Assembly: GCA_963847775.1 (NCBI GenBank)
Contig: CAWKAY010000015.1
Span: forward strand, 30,894-94,893
DNA: 64,000 nucleotides
Reading direction: 5' to 3'
Source: an uncultured Acidimicrobiaceae bacterium
GTDB taxonomy: Bacteria > Actinomycetota > Acidimicrobiia > Acidimicrobiales > Ilumatobacteraceae
How positions within the stretch are numbered: position 1 is the stretch's first letter; each line of letters opens with the position of its first letter. The translations under genes and the position numbers were made by a program. Shown here piece by piece: positions 28,092-38,505 of this stretch. The notes under the pieces were generated by a model. The model was given only the letters and a program-made list of their open reading frames with translations, was not told the DNA's origin and searched no databases.

Positions 28092-28413
28092 ACGCACCGA
28101 ACACGGACCGTCGAAACAAGAGCCATCGAGCCTGCGACCGTCGGTCGGCCCGCAGAGCATCCCCGAAGGCGCCGTCGGGCACCGCGCGCGGGATGTGGAC
28201 AACACACGGGACAACCATGGGTCGTTCGGTGGACAGCTCGGGTTCATCCACCGAACCACATCGACGTCATCCGCGCGCTGTGGATCCCCGTGGACAACCG
28301 CGCGCAGCCGCGCGCAGCCTCTACGCTGGGCGAACACCGGGTTGTCCCCAATCCACAACCCCTACTACTGCTCTTAACCTGATACATCACACACTGGGGA
28401 GAAGGGTCGCACT
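28092..28413. other. oriC core: dnaA-dnaN intergenic region with several DnaA boxes and a lower-G+C stretch
   Basis: TGTGGACAA at 28194-28202 (perfect). CGTGGACAA, TTGTCCCCA, TGTGGATCC and GGTGGACAG are near-matches. An A/T-enriched stretch, CCTACTACTGCTCTTAACCTGATACATCACACAC, lies at about 28360-28395. Confidence 0.8.
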
Positions 28414-29508
28414 GTGAAGTTCCGCTGCGAGCGAGAGATCTTGGCCGACGCATTGGCCACCGCTGGGCGTGCCGCCACGAGTCGAACCGGCACCCTGCCG
28501 GTGCTGTCGGGCGTACGCCTCGACCTGCACGATGGGGAGTTGACGGTGACTGGCACCGACCTGGAGCTGACGATCCGATTGTCGGTCCCGGTGCACAGCG
28601 ACGCCGACGGATCAGCGGTGGTCCCGGCACGACTGGTGGCCGACATCGTCAAGGCGCTCCCCGCCGGTGCGGTGGAAGTGAACCTGAGCGACGACGAGAT
28701 GTCGATCAGTGCCGGGCGCTCGCAGTTCAGCGTGCGCCCGCTCTCGCTCGGGGACTATCCGGCTCAGGTCGAACCCACCGGTGATCCCGTCACGCTGACG
28801 AGTGAGCAGGTCAGCGACGCGCTGCGTCAGGTCGTGCGGGCGGCTTCGACCGACGATGCCCGGGCCGTGCTGACGGGCGTCCTCATCGCCAGCGAGGACG
28901 AGGGTCTCAAGATGGTCGCGACCGATTCCTACCGGCTGGCCGTCCGCGATCTCCCGCAGTCTTCGATGCTCGGCCACGGCCAGAAGGTGCTGGTGCCGGG
29001 TCGGGCGCTGGGCGAGCTGCAGCGGATCCTGTCCGGCGACGACGAGCTGACGGTGCGTCTCGGGGCCCGCGAAGCGGTGTTCGAGGTCGGTGGTACGCGG
29101 CTCACCACCCGGCTGATCGAGGGTGAGTACCCGAACTACCGCAACCTGCTGCCCTCGTCGTACCCGAACCTGTTGACGGTCGGACGTGATGCGTTGCTCG
29201 AGGCGCTCCGTCGGGTGAAGATCCTCGCCCAGGACTCGACCCCGGTACGTCTGACGCTCGGTGGCGACACCGTGCAGCTGACCGCGATCACCCAGGACGT
29301 GGGCAACGCCACCGAGGAGATCGACGCCAGCTACGACGGTGTCGAGATGACGGTGGCGTTCAACCCCGACTACCTGGCGTCGGGCATCGACGCGGTCGAG
29401 GGAGACGAGGTGACGCTCGCGACGATGGATCCGATGAAGCCGGCGGTGCTCCGCGGCGTGGGTCACGACGAATACCTCTACCTCCTCATGCCCGTCCGCG
29501 TCCCCTGA
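28414..29508 (+). CDS. dnaN: DNA polymerase III beta sliding clamp
   Basis: GTG start after GGGGAGAAGG. 364 aa, MKFRCEREILADAL... Confidence 0.95.
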   Translation: MKFRCEREILADALATAGRAATSRTGTLPVLSGVRLDLHDGELTVTGTDLELTIRLSVPVHSDADGSAVVPARLVADIVKALPAGAVEVNLSDDEMSISAGRSQFSVRPLSLGDYPAQVEPTGDPVTLTSEQVSDALRQVVRAASTDDARAVLTGVLIASEDEGLKMVATDSYRLAVRDLPQSSMLGHGQKVLVPGRALGELQRILSGDDELTVRLGAREAVFEVGGTRLTTRLIEGEYPNYRNLLPSSYPNLLTVGRDALLEALRRVKILAQDSTPVRLTLGGDTVQLTAITQDVGNATEEIDASYDGVEMTVAFNPDYLASGIDAVEGDEVTLATMDPMKPAVLRGVGHDEYLYLLMPVRVP

Positions 29509-29551
29509 GCGGGTCCGGATCGCCCGATCGCGGCGTTGCGTCTCACCGCTC

Positions 29552-29568
29552 ACTGCCCCTCGGGCAGT
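29552..29568 (+). terminator. Hairpin ACTGCCC-CTC-GGGCAGT downstream of dnaN
   Basis: Perfect 7-bp stem 44 nt after the dnaN stop. Confidence 0.4.
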
Positions 29569-29622
29569 TCGGGTTCACCGCGCCGTGCAGTCGAACGATG
29601 CGATCCCCGCCTCAGCCACCGA

Positions 29623-29713
29623 TCTCGCACACCGGCACCGCCGACGTCGGCGGTGGTCGGGCGGGGCTCGCGGCGTGCCGCCTGAACTGTCCGACGGTCT
29701 CGCACACCGGCAC
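29623..29713. repeat. Two copies of a 16-bp direct repeat TCTCGCACACCGGCAC (29623-29638 and 29698-29713)
   Basis: Exact 16/16 match, 75 bp apart, in the dnaN-recF gap. Confidence 0.8.
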
Positions 29714-29764
29714 ATGGGTGGTGCTGCTCATCTCGTCGACCGGTGCCGTTAGCGTGACGCGTTC

Positions 29765-30862
29765 ATGATCGTCGAGCGGTTGGAGCTCTCGGACTTCCGG
29801 AACTACGAGGCGGCGACGTTCGATCTCACGGACGGCGTCACGGCGGTGCTCGGCCGAAACGGCCAGGGAAAGACGAACCTCGCCGAGGCGCTCGCCTACC
29901 TGGCGACCCTGTCCAGCTTCCGTGGTGCCCCGCCGGATGCCCTCGTGCGCGCCGGCGCCGACGCGGCGGTGATTCGTGCCACCGTGCGAGACGATGACCA
30001 GCGGGAAGTCCTGATCGAGGCCGAGATCGCACGCGTCGGACGCAATCGCGTCCAGGTGAACCGACAGAAGCTGGCCAAGGCGCGCGACCTGCTCGGCGCG
30101 ATGCGCGTGAGCGTGTTCGCGCCCGACGACCTGATCATCCTGAAGGGCGGACCCACCGAGCGACGAAGATTCCTCGACGACACCCTCGTCGCGTTGAAGA
30201 CGTCCTACGATGCCCTCCGCCTCGAGCTCGACCGGGTGCTCCGGCAACGCAACACCCTGCTCAAGCAGGCGAGCGGCACGCTCACCGACGAGGTCGCGGT
30301 GACCCTCGACGTGTGGGATGCACGGTTTGCCGAGCTCGGTGACCGTCTCGGATACGCGCGCGCGACCCTCGTGGCGCGATGTCAGCCGATGGTGACGGAG
30401 GCGTACGCCCAGCTCGCGGCGGAATCGGCAGCGGTGGAGCTGGTCTACGAGCCGCCGTGGCGCCGTACCGGCCTCGCGGTGGCACTGGCCGAGGCGCGCG
30501 GGCTCGATGTCCGGCGTGGCGTGTCGACCGTCGGACCGCATCGCGACGAGCTCGCGGTGGGGCTTGCCGGCCTGCCGGCCCGCACGCACGCGTCGCAAGG
30601 AGAGCAGCGCTCGGTGGCGCTCGCGCTCCGTCTGGCCGCGCACCGACTCGTCGCCGAGCGGACCGGCTCGACGCCGGTGCTCGTCCTCGATGACGTGTTG
30701 TCGGAGCTCGATCCGCAGCGCGCAGCAGCGTTGCTCGCCAACCTGCCGTCGGGTCAGGTCGTGATCACGTCCGCGTCGCCGTTGCCGGACGCAGCATCGC
30801 CCGAGCGGATCATCCGGATCGAGGCGGGTACGGTCGTTGGTGACGGAGCGTTCCGGACGTGA
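29765..30862 (+). CDS. recF: DNA replication and repair protein RecF
   Basis: LELSDFRNY, Walker A GRNGQGKTNLAEA, and SQGEQRSVALALRLA signature. Confidence 0.95.
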   Translation: MIVERLELSDFRNYEAATFDLTDGVTAVLGRNGQGKTNLAEALAYLATLSSFRGAPPDALVRAGADAAVIRATVRDDDQREVLIEAEIARVGRNRVQVNRQKLAKARDLLGAMRVSVFAPDDLIILKGGPTERRRFLDDTLVALKTSYDALRLELDRVLRQRNTLLKQASGTLTDEVAVTLDVWDARFAELGDRLGYARATLVARCQPMVTEAYAQLAAESAAVELVYEPPWRRTGLAVALAEARGLDVRRGVSTVGPHRDELAVGLAGLPARTHASQGEQRSVALALRLAAHRLVAERTGSTPVLVLDDVLSELDPQRAAALLANLPSGQVVITSASPLPDAASPERIIRIEAGTVVGDGAFRT

Positions 30863-31203
30863 CGTCGACCAGCATGATGAAGCACGACCGCGACCCCGTT
30901 TCGATCTCGACCTCACTCGACGGTGTGGTGCGCTCGCTGCGCGGCCCGAGTCGTCGAGCCGTGGGCGGATTGTTCGGACGGTGGCACGAAGCGGTCGGTG
31001 ATCAGGTGGCCGAGCACGTGAAGCCGGTCAAGCTCGACGAAGGCGTCCTGGTCGTCGAGGTCGACGATCCGGCGTGGGCAACTCAGGTCAAGTTCCTGAC
31101 GACGATGATCATCGATCGCTTGCGCGAGATCGCAGATGTCCACGTGGACCGGATCGACGTGCGTGTCGAGCGTCGGGGTGCCAGAGGTGCCCGCCTCGGC
31201 TAG
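30859..31203 (+). CDS. DUF721/DciA-type protein (Rv0004 position)
   Basis: GTGA overlap with the recF stop. Reads VLVVEVDDPAWATQVKFL. Confidence 0.8.
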   Translation: MTSTSMMKHDRDPVSISTSLDGVVRSLRGPSRRAVGGLFGRWHEAVGDQVAEHVKPVKLDEGVLVVEVDDPAWATQVKFLTTMIIDRLREIADVHVDRIDVRVERRGARGARLG

Positions 31204-31272
31204 AGCGGACCCGGTCCGAGGTCGGTGACGCGGGCGACGACTCCGAGTGTTGTCGTCGAGGTCGGGCGCGCG

Positions 31273-31809
31273 TCAGTCGGCGGGCTGCTCGGTCGAGGTG
31301 TTGCCGGCCTCGTTGACGGCGTTGCTCAGCCACCGGAAAAGCGGTGGTCCGACCAGCGCGGTCACCACGAGGACCCCGGCCGCGACCGCGATCTTGATCT
31401 TCTTGGCTTTCGCCTTCTTGGCGGCTCGGGCTTCCGCGGCGCGGCGCGAGGCCTCGGTTGGCTTCGACTTCGAGGGCATCAGGTGCGCCATCGGGTGTTC
31501 CGGTTGGGCGTCGGATTTTGTCGGCGTCTCACACGAGGTGGGCGCCGCGGTCGCCGGTGGCGGGAGCACGGCCTCGCCGATGCCGGCTGGTGAGAGGTTC
31601 AGCGGTGCCGGCGTTCCGGACGACGGCAGGACGGGCGTCGCCGGCGGGAGCAGTGGCGCGCCGGAAGCAGGCGCGAGCAGTGGCGCCCCGACCAGTGGGG
31701 TCGTCTGGGGTGTGGGCGCCGGGAACGGTCCCGTACCCAGTCGGGGCGCATCGCCGTCGGGCAGGAGCATCGGTGTCGCAGACGGATCGTTGACGGCGGT
31801 GTCGCTCAT
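31273..31809 (-). CDS. Proline-rich protein with a C-terminal TM anchor
   Basis: MSDTAVNDPS..., Pro/Ala/Thr-rich, KKAKAKKIKIAVAAGVLVVTALVGPPLF near the C-terminus. Confidence 0.45.
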   Translation of the reverse strand: MSDTAVNDPSATPMLLPDGDAPRLGTGPFPAPTPQTTPLVGAPLLAPASGAPLLPPATPVLPSSGTPAPLNLSPAGIGEAVLPPPATAAPTSCETPTKSDAQPEHPMAHLMPSKSKPTEASRRAAEARAAKKAKAKKIKIAVAAGVLVVTALVGPPLFRWLSNAVNEAGNTSTEQPAD

Positions 31810-31867
31810 GTGAGCTGCATCGGTACGCACCGCGCGCTACTTGAACGTCGTTGGCATGATAGGGAAC

Positions 31868-32344
31868 ATGTCCATCGATCAAGAATCCGTCAAGGCACGT
31901 CTTCAGGCCGACCTGACCGCGGCGATGAAGGCGCGCGACGAGATCGCGACGTCGACGATCCGGATGGTTCGTGCGGCGATCATGAACGCCGAGGTCGCCG
32001 GTGACGAGGCGGTCGAGCTCACCGACGAGCAGGCGATCGCAGTGCTCCAGTCGGAGGCGAAGAAGCGGGTGGAGTCGGCCGAGGTGTACGAGCAGAACGG
32101 ACGTGCCGAGTCAGCGGCGAAGGAGCGCGCCGAACTGGCGATCATCGACCGATACCTCCCGGCGGCGATGGGCGACGACGAGCTCCGGGCCATCGTCGAT
32201 GCAGAGATCGCCCAGGTCGCCGCGCAGGGTGCCGACGGTGGTCGTGCGATGGGCATGGTGATCAAGGCGGTGCGTGAGCAGGCGGGCCCCACCGCAGACG
32301 GTGCTCGCATTGCTGCGCTGGTGAAGGCACGACTCGCCGACTGA
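31868..32344 (+). CDS. GatB/YqeY domain protein
   Basis: MSIDQESVKARLQADLTAAMKARD...LTDEQAIAVLQSEAKKR...MGMVIKAV. Confidence 0.8.
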   Translation: MSIDQESVKARLQADLTAAMKARDEIATSTIRMVRAAIMNAEVAGDEAVELTDEQAIAVLQSEAKKRVESAEVYEQNGRAESAAKERAELAIIDRYLPAAMGDDELRAIVDAEIAQVAAQGADGGRAMGMVIKAVREQAGPTADGARIAALVKARLAD

Positions 32345-32613
32345 GCGGACCGCGGCGGTTCGCCGACGCTGACATCGGCGACGCGACGCAGGAGCACGGC
32401 GGTGGCGGTGAACCGGTCGGCGCGGTGGCGGAGGCGAGCGCGTCGCACCAACTCGGCGTCGTCGAGGTGTTCGACGAGATCAACCGTGTCGTCGGGTAGG
32501 CGTGCTCTCCCAGACCCGACACCCCCTGCGACGGCTCGGCGTGTCGGTCGTTTCACGCCGCGTCGGCATCAGCCGGGTCGGGTCGGCGGGACGTGATCGG
32601 CCTCGGGCACCAT

Positions 32614-32757
32614 CACGTCGACATCGCACGTCGACATCGCACGTCGACATCGCACGTCGACATCGCACGTCGACATCGCACGTCGACATCGCACGTCGAC
32701 ATCGCACGTCGACATCGCACGTCGACATGCGCACGTCGACATCGCACGTCGACATCG
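32614..32757. repeat. 13-bp tandem repeat CACGTCGACATCG, 11 units (one 14-nt variant)
   Basis: Eight perfect units from 32614, a variant at 32718-32731, then two more perfect units. Each unit contains the GTCGAC palindrome. Confidence 0.9.
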
Positions 32758-32771
32758 GCGGACGCTCGACG

Positions 32772-33485
32772 TCACGGGTCCTCCCAGCGGTGGCCGACCG
32801 ACCGCTCGGGTGCCGGCAGCGTGAACATGCCACGATCCGGTCCGTGCCCGTGGTCCGACCGCAGCGGTGCATCGAGGGAATCCGCAGTGCTCGCGAACCC
32901 GCGCACCACGAGGATCGTGGTGGCCGCGGCAGCCAGCAGAGCGAGTTCGGTGATCGATACGATGCGGATCCCGACGACGTCGCGCCGGTAGAGCACCGTG
33001 TCGACCTGATGGAGCGAGATCACACGGACCCCGGCGAACGCGGCCAGCGCCGTGATCGTGATGACGCTCGGCAGGTACCGCCGCCGTCGTGGCGGGAATC
33101 GCCAGATGGCGAGCAGGACGCCGAGGAACCAGCCGATCGAGATGATGATGATGGCGATCGCTTGGATGTCGCGTCGTCGCTCGTACCAGCCGCTCGACCG
33201 GGCCTGCTCACGCCCGATCTCGGCGACGGCATCACCGAGCGACCCGACTCGTCCGACGCCCATGCTGATCAGCACGAGGGCGGTGAGGAGCCAGTAGGTC
33301 GGCCACCAATCGGTGTCGTGGCGTTCGGCGGCGCGCCGTTCGCGGACGTACCAGACTGCGGCCAAGGCCGCGACCATGAGGTACGCGACGACCCGGGTGC
33401 GACCGGAGTCGAGCATGGGAGTGACGGTAGCGAACATCCGACCATCGACATCGGCAGCCTCCTCCGGGTTCTTGACGAAACGCAT
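32772..33485 (-). CDS. Polytopic membrane protein, unknown function
   Basis: Internal ATG 33485 (MRFVKNPEE) of ORF 32772..33656. About 5 hydrophobic helices. Confidence 0.5.
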   Translation of the reverse strand: MRFVKNPEEAADVDGRMFATVTPMLDSGRTRVVAYLMVAALAAVWYVRERRAAERHDTDWWPTYWLLTALVLISMGVGRVGSLGDAVAEIGREQARSSGWYERRRDIQAIAIIIISIGWFLGVLLAIWRFPPRRRRYLPSVITITALAAFAGVRVISLHQVDTVLYRRDVVGIRIVSITELALLAAAATTILVVRGFASTADSLDAPLRSDHGHGPDRGMFTLPAPERSVGHRWEDP

Positions 33486-33803
33486 CAGATCGTCATGCGA
33501 CCTCGTAGGGACGGCTGCGGCCCGCCGCCCGGATCGGACGATCGTGCCGTCCGCGAACAGTGGGATGCCGGGTCCGTGGTGCGCCTGATCCGACTCACCT
33601 GACACGTTCGGCGCTTGGTTCGCCCCGAGATTCCGACGTCGAAGGCATCGCGACACGACCGTGGGACCGCTCTCATCCAGGCCGACCGCCCGTGCCGCAG
33701 GGCCCCACGGGCGAATTCTGGGCCATCGGGTACCGGAGCACCCATTTATCGTCGATGTGGAGGCATTTCAGGGCCGAATGGGCCCATCGCTGAGACAGCC
33801 CGC

Positions 33804-33812
33804 TGGTACAAT
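33804..33812 (+). promoter_or_regulatory. Candidate extended -10 (TGgTACAAT) upstream of gyrB
   Basis: CTGGTACAAT lies 100 nt upstream of GTG 33912, in an A/T-enriched gap. Confidence 0.3.
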
Positions 33813-33911
33813 GACATCCATGCGATTCGACATCCGATCGACCACATGATCGGGCGCCGGACGCCGCTCGGAGACGACACTCCGCCACGACCGAACTGAA
33901 CGAGGTATCGC

Positions 33912-35906
33912 GTGTCCGCTGACACCACAGAAGCGAGTTCGAAGACCGCCGCAGCGCCGACGCCGAAGTCCGGCAACGCCGACTACGGAGCCAAGGACAT
34001 CCAGGTCCTGGAGGGCCTCGATCCGGTTCGCAAGCGGCCCGGCATGTACATCGGCTCGACCGGTCTGCAAGGGCTCCATCACCTGATCTGGGAGGTCGTC
34101 GACAACTCCGTCGACGAGGCGATGGCCGGCTACTGCGACAAGATCACCATCACCCTGACGGCCGACGGCGGCTGTCGGGTCGACGACAACGGTCGTGGCA
34201 TCCCGGTCGATCCCTACAAGACCGGCCAGCACAGGGGCAAGAGCGCCGCCGAGGTCGTGCTCACCGTGCTGCACGCAGGCGGCAAGTTCGGCGGCGAGGG
34301 CTACAAGGTGTCGGGCGGCCTCCACGGCGTCGGCGTCTCGGTCGTCAACGCCTTGTCCGAGCGACTGACGATCGAGGTCGACCGCGAGGGCAAGCACTGG
34401 TTCCAGGAGTACGCCAAGGGTGGCAAGCCGCAGGGCGCGATGAAGATCGTCGGCGACACGCCCAAGCGAGGGCGCGCCACGGGCACGAGCATCACGTTCT
34501 GGCCCGACCCGACGGTCTTCCAGGCGGAGGGCACCGAGTTCGTCGCTCGCACCGTGCTCGAGCGCCTGCAGACGATGGCCTTCCTCAACAAGGGCCTCGA
34601 GATCGTGTTCGTCGACGAGCGCCCCGAGAAGGAGCAGACCGTCACCTACCAGTACAAGGGTGGCCTGGTCGACTTCGTCAAACACATGAACGCCTCGAAG
34701 GATCCACTGTTCTCGAAGGTCTGCTCATACGAGGACGACGATGACGACGGCCAGCTGCTCGACATCGCGCTCCAGTGGAACACCGGGTACCACGAGGGCA
34801 TCCACGGCTACGCCAACGGCATCTCGACGATCGAGGGCGGCATGCACGTCGAGGGTTTCCGCACCGCCCTCACGAGCATCGTCAACAAGTACGCACGCGA
34901 GAAGAACCTGCTCAAGGAGAAGGACCCGAACCTCACCGGCGAGGACATCCGCGAGGGATTGACGGCGATCATCTCGGTCAAGTTGCGCGAACCCCAGTTC
35001 GAAGGTCAGACCAAGGCCAAGCTCGGCAACGTCCCGATGCGGTCGTTCGTCCAGAAGGTCACCTACGAGCGGATGGGCGAGTGGCTGGCCGAGAACCCGA
35101 CCGAGGCGAACAAGGTCGTGAAGAAGGGCCTCTCCGCCGCTCAGGCGCGTGTGGCAGCGAAGAACGCCCGGAACGCGATTCGCCGCAAGACGGCGCTGTC
35201 GGGGGCGGGCATGCCCGACAAGCTCAAGGACTGCACGTCGAAGAACGCCGACGAGTCCGAGATCTTCATCGTCGAGGGTGATTCCGCCGGTGGCACTGCA
35301 CTCGACGCCCGCAACCCCCAGACCCAGGCGATCCTCCCGATCCGCGGCAAGATCCTCAACGTCGAGCGGGCCCGCATCGACAAGATGATGAAGAACAACG
35401 AGATCCAGGCCCTGATCACGGCGATCGGCGCCGGCGTCGGTGAGGAGTTCGAGGTCGACAAGGCCCGCTACCACAAGATCATCGCCCTCTGCGACGCCGA
35501 TGTCGACGGCAGCCACATCCGGACCCTCTTGCTCACGTTCTTCTTCCGCCAGATCCGCGACATGGTCGAGGCCGGCTACGTGTACATCGCGCAACCGCCG
35601 CTGTACTCGACCGAGATCGGCAAGGAGAAGGTGTACCTGAAAGACGACATCGCCAAGGCGCGCTTCCTGGCGGAACGGCCGAACCACAAGAAGGAGTTCG
35701 CCCGCCTGAAGGGCCTCGGTGAGATGGACTGGGAAGAGCTCAAGTCCACCACGATGGACCCGGAGACCCGAACGTTGCTGCAGGTGACCGTCGAGGAGGC
35801 GGCCGAGGCCGACACGATCATGAGCGTGCTGATGGGTGACAACGTCGAGTCGCGTCGCGACTTCATCACCACCAACGCGCGCGACGTCCGGAACCTCGAT
35901 TTCTGA
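33912..35906 (+). CDS. gyrB: DNA gyrase subunit B
   Basis: 664 aa. YGAKDIQVLEGLDPVRKRPGMYIGST, EGDSAGG, PLRGKILNVE-type motifs. Confidence 0.97.
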   Translation: MSADTTEASSKTAAAPTPKSGNADYGAKDIQVLEGLDPVRKRPGMYIGSTGLQGLHHLIWEVVDNSVDEAMAGYCDKITITLTADGGCRVDDNGRGIPVDPYKTGQHRGKSAAEVVLTVLHAGGKFGGEGYKVSGGLHGVGVSVVNALSERLTIEVDREGKHWFQEYAKGGKPQGAMKIVGDTPKRGRATGTSITFWPDPTVFQAEGTEFVARTVLERLQTMAFLNKGLEIVFVDERPEKEQTVTYQYKGGLVDFVKHMNASKDPLFSKVCSYEDDDDDGQLLDIALQWNTGYHEGIHGYANGISTIEGGMHVEGFRTALTSIVNKYAREKNLLKEKDPNLTGEDIREGLTAIISVKLREPQFEGQTKAKLGNVPMRSFVQKVTYERMGEWLAENPTEANKVVKKGLSAAQARVAAKNARNAIRRKTALSGAGMPDKLKDCTSKNADESEIFIVEGDSAGGTALDARNPQTQAILPIRGKILNVERARIDKMMKNNEIQALITAIGAGVGEEFEVDKARYHKIIALCDADVDGSHIRTLLLTFFFRQIRDMVEAGYVYIAQPPLYSTEIGKEKVYLKDDIAKARFLAERPNHKKEFARLKGLGEMDWEELKSTTMDPETRTLLQVTVEEAAEADTIMSVLMGDNVESRRDFITTNARDVRNLDF

Positions 35907-35933
35907 TGAACGCCCCGAACCAGGAACTGATGC

Positions 35934-38421
35934 ATGTCTGACACCCCGATTCCCCCCTCCGACGTCGACGACGACGGGCCCGACGGGGACGACCCGATTC
36001 AGCCGATCGCGTTGCAGGAGGAGATGGAGAACTCCTTCCTCGACTATGCGATGTCGGTCATCATGTCGCGCGCCCTTCCCGACGTGCGCGACGGGCTGAA
36101 GCCGGTTCACCGCCGGATCATCTGGGACATGGAGCAGCAGGGATTCCGTCCCGACCGACCCTTCGTCAAGTGCGCCCGCGTCACCGGCGACACGATGGCC
36201 CGGTACCACCCCCACGGCGACTCGGCCATCTACGACGCGCTCGTCCGCATGGCCCAGCCGTTCTCGCTGCGCCACCCGCTGATCGCCTTCCACGGCAACT
36301 ACGGCTCACCCGACTTCGGCCCGGCCGCGTCGCGCTACACCGAGTGTCGCCTGCACCCGTTGGCGATGCAGCTGCTCGCGGACATCGACGAGGACACCGT
36401 CGACATGATCCCGAACTACGACGGCACCACCGAGCAGCCGGCGGTGTTGCCGGCACGGTTCCCGAACCTCCTGGTGAACGGCAGCCAGGGCATCGCGGTC
36501 GGCATGGCCACCAACATCCCGCCCCACAACCTGGGCGAGGTCATCGACGCCACGATCCACCTCCTCGACGACCCCGACGGCACCACCGTCGACGACCTCA
36601 TGGCGCACGTCAAGGGTCCCGACTTCCCGACAGGCGCGGCAGATCCTCGGGCGGGCGGGCATCATCGACGCCTACCGGACCGGTCGCGGCAGCGTGAAGA
36701 CCCGCGCCAAGGCCACCATCGAGGAAGGCAAGAACGGCCGCTACGAGATCGTCGTCACCGAGCTGCCGTACCAGACGAGCTGCTCGTCGATCGCCGGGCG
36801 CATCGAGGAGCTCGTCACCAACGGCGACCTCGAGGGCATCGCCGACGTCAACGACGGCTCCGCGGGCGGCAAGACGAACCTGGTCATCACCCTCAAGCGC
36901 GACGCCAACGCCAACGTCGTGCTCAACAACCTCTACAAGATGACCCAGCTCCAGAGCAGCTTCTCGATCAACATGGTCGCCCTGGTCGACGGAGTGCCCC
37001 GCACGCTCAACCTGCTGACCGCGCTCCAGGGCTACGTCCGGCACCAGATCGAGGTCGTCACCCGGCGTTCGGAGTTCCGCCTCGCCAAGGCGCGCCGGCG
37101 CGAGCACATCCTCGAGGGGCGCATCAAGGCGCTCGACGTCATCGACGAGATCATCGCCCTCATCCGCGCGAGCGACGACGCCGCGACGGCCAAGGCCGGA
37201 CTCATGTCCGATCCGTTCGAGTTCACCGAGGTGCAGGCGGTCGACATCCTCGACATGCAGCTGCGCCAGCTGACCCGGCTCTCGCGGATCGATCTCGAGA
37301 CCGAGCTCGCCGACGTCCGCACCACCATCGGCGAGCTCGAGGCGATCCTCGGCGACGATGCCCTGCTCCGTCAGGTGATCAAGGACGAGATGACCGCCAT
37401 CCGCGAGGAGTTCGCGACACCGCGCATCTGCGAGATCACCTACGACGACGGCGAGATGTCGATCGAGGACCTCGTCGACGACAAGGAACTGGTCATCGTC
37501 ATGACCGAGGCCCAGTACGTCAAGTCGGTCCCAGCGTCGTCGTTCAAGTCACAGGGACGCGGTGGCCGGGGCGTGAGCGGCGGCAAACTCAAAGCCGACG
37601 ACATCGTGCGTCACGTCATCTTCACCACCGCCCACGCACACCTGCTGTTCTTCTCCAATCGGGGCAAGGTGTACCGATTGCGGGCGCTCGACATCCCCGA
37701 GCGCGAGCGCACCGCCAAGGGCATGCCGATCGTCAACCTGTTGCCGTTGCAGGCCGGCGAGAACATCCAGGCGATCATCGACACCCGCGAGTTCGCCGGC
37801 GATCGCTACCTGTTCTTCGCCACCAAGCAGGGCACGGTCAAGAAGACCACCTTCGACGCCTACGACTCGAGCCGGCGCGACGGCATCATCGCCATCAACC
37901 TGCGCGATCGGGACGAGCTCGTCAAGGTGATCGAGACGACGGGCGACGACGACATCTTCATGGTGAGCAAGGGCGGCATGACGATCCGGTTCAGCGAGGA
38001 CGACGTCCGAGCCATGGGTCGCACCGCCGGTGGTGTGCGGGGCATGAAGCTCAAGAGCACGGACGATGCCGTGGTGTCGTGCGACGTCGCCCGAAACGAC
38101 ACGGCGATCCTGCTCATGACCGACGGCGGGTACGGCAAGCGCACCCAGCTCGACAAGTTCAACCGTCAGGGACGTGGCGGTCAGGGCGTCCGCGGCATCA
38201 AGCTGACGGGCAAGAAGGGGTTCGTGACGGCAGCCTTCATGGTCGGCCTCGACGACGAGATCGTCGCGGTGTCGTCGGGCGGGGTCACGATCCGCATGGC
38301 GGTCCGGGAGATCTCGTCCCAGGGCCGCGACGCGACCGGGGTCCGCATCATGAACCTCGACGACGGCCAGACCGTCGCCTCCGTGGCACCGATCATCGCC
38401 GAGGACGACGCCGAGGACTGA
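35934..38421 (+). CDS. gyrA: DNA gyrase subunit A, reading frame interrupted by one extra G at 36638/36639
   Basis: The N-terminal 235 aa lie in the frame of ORF 35934 (..[25 protein letters not shown]). The continuation [29 protein letters not shown]... lies in the frame of ORF 36694..38421. Confidence 0.95.
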
Positions 38422-38505
38422 TCGCCGAGCACCACCGGTCGGTCGGCTCGCACCGACCCGCTTGCAGCCACCGCTGCCGAATCCACGGACTCGGAGGAGA
38501 CGAAG

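Noticed and set aside
32614-32757. Possible CRISPR array
   Set aside because: The units are 13 bp and directly abutting, with no spacers and no cas genes. It is a simple tandem repeat.
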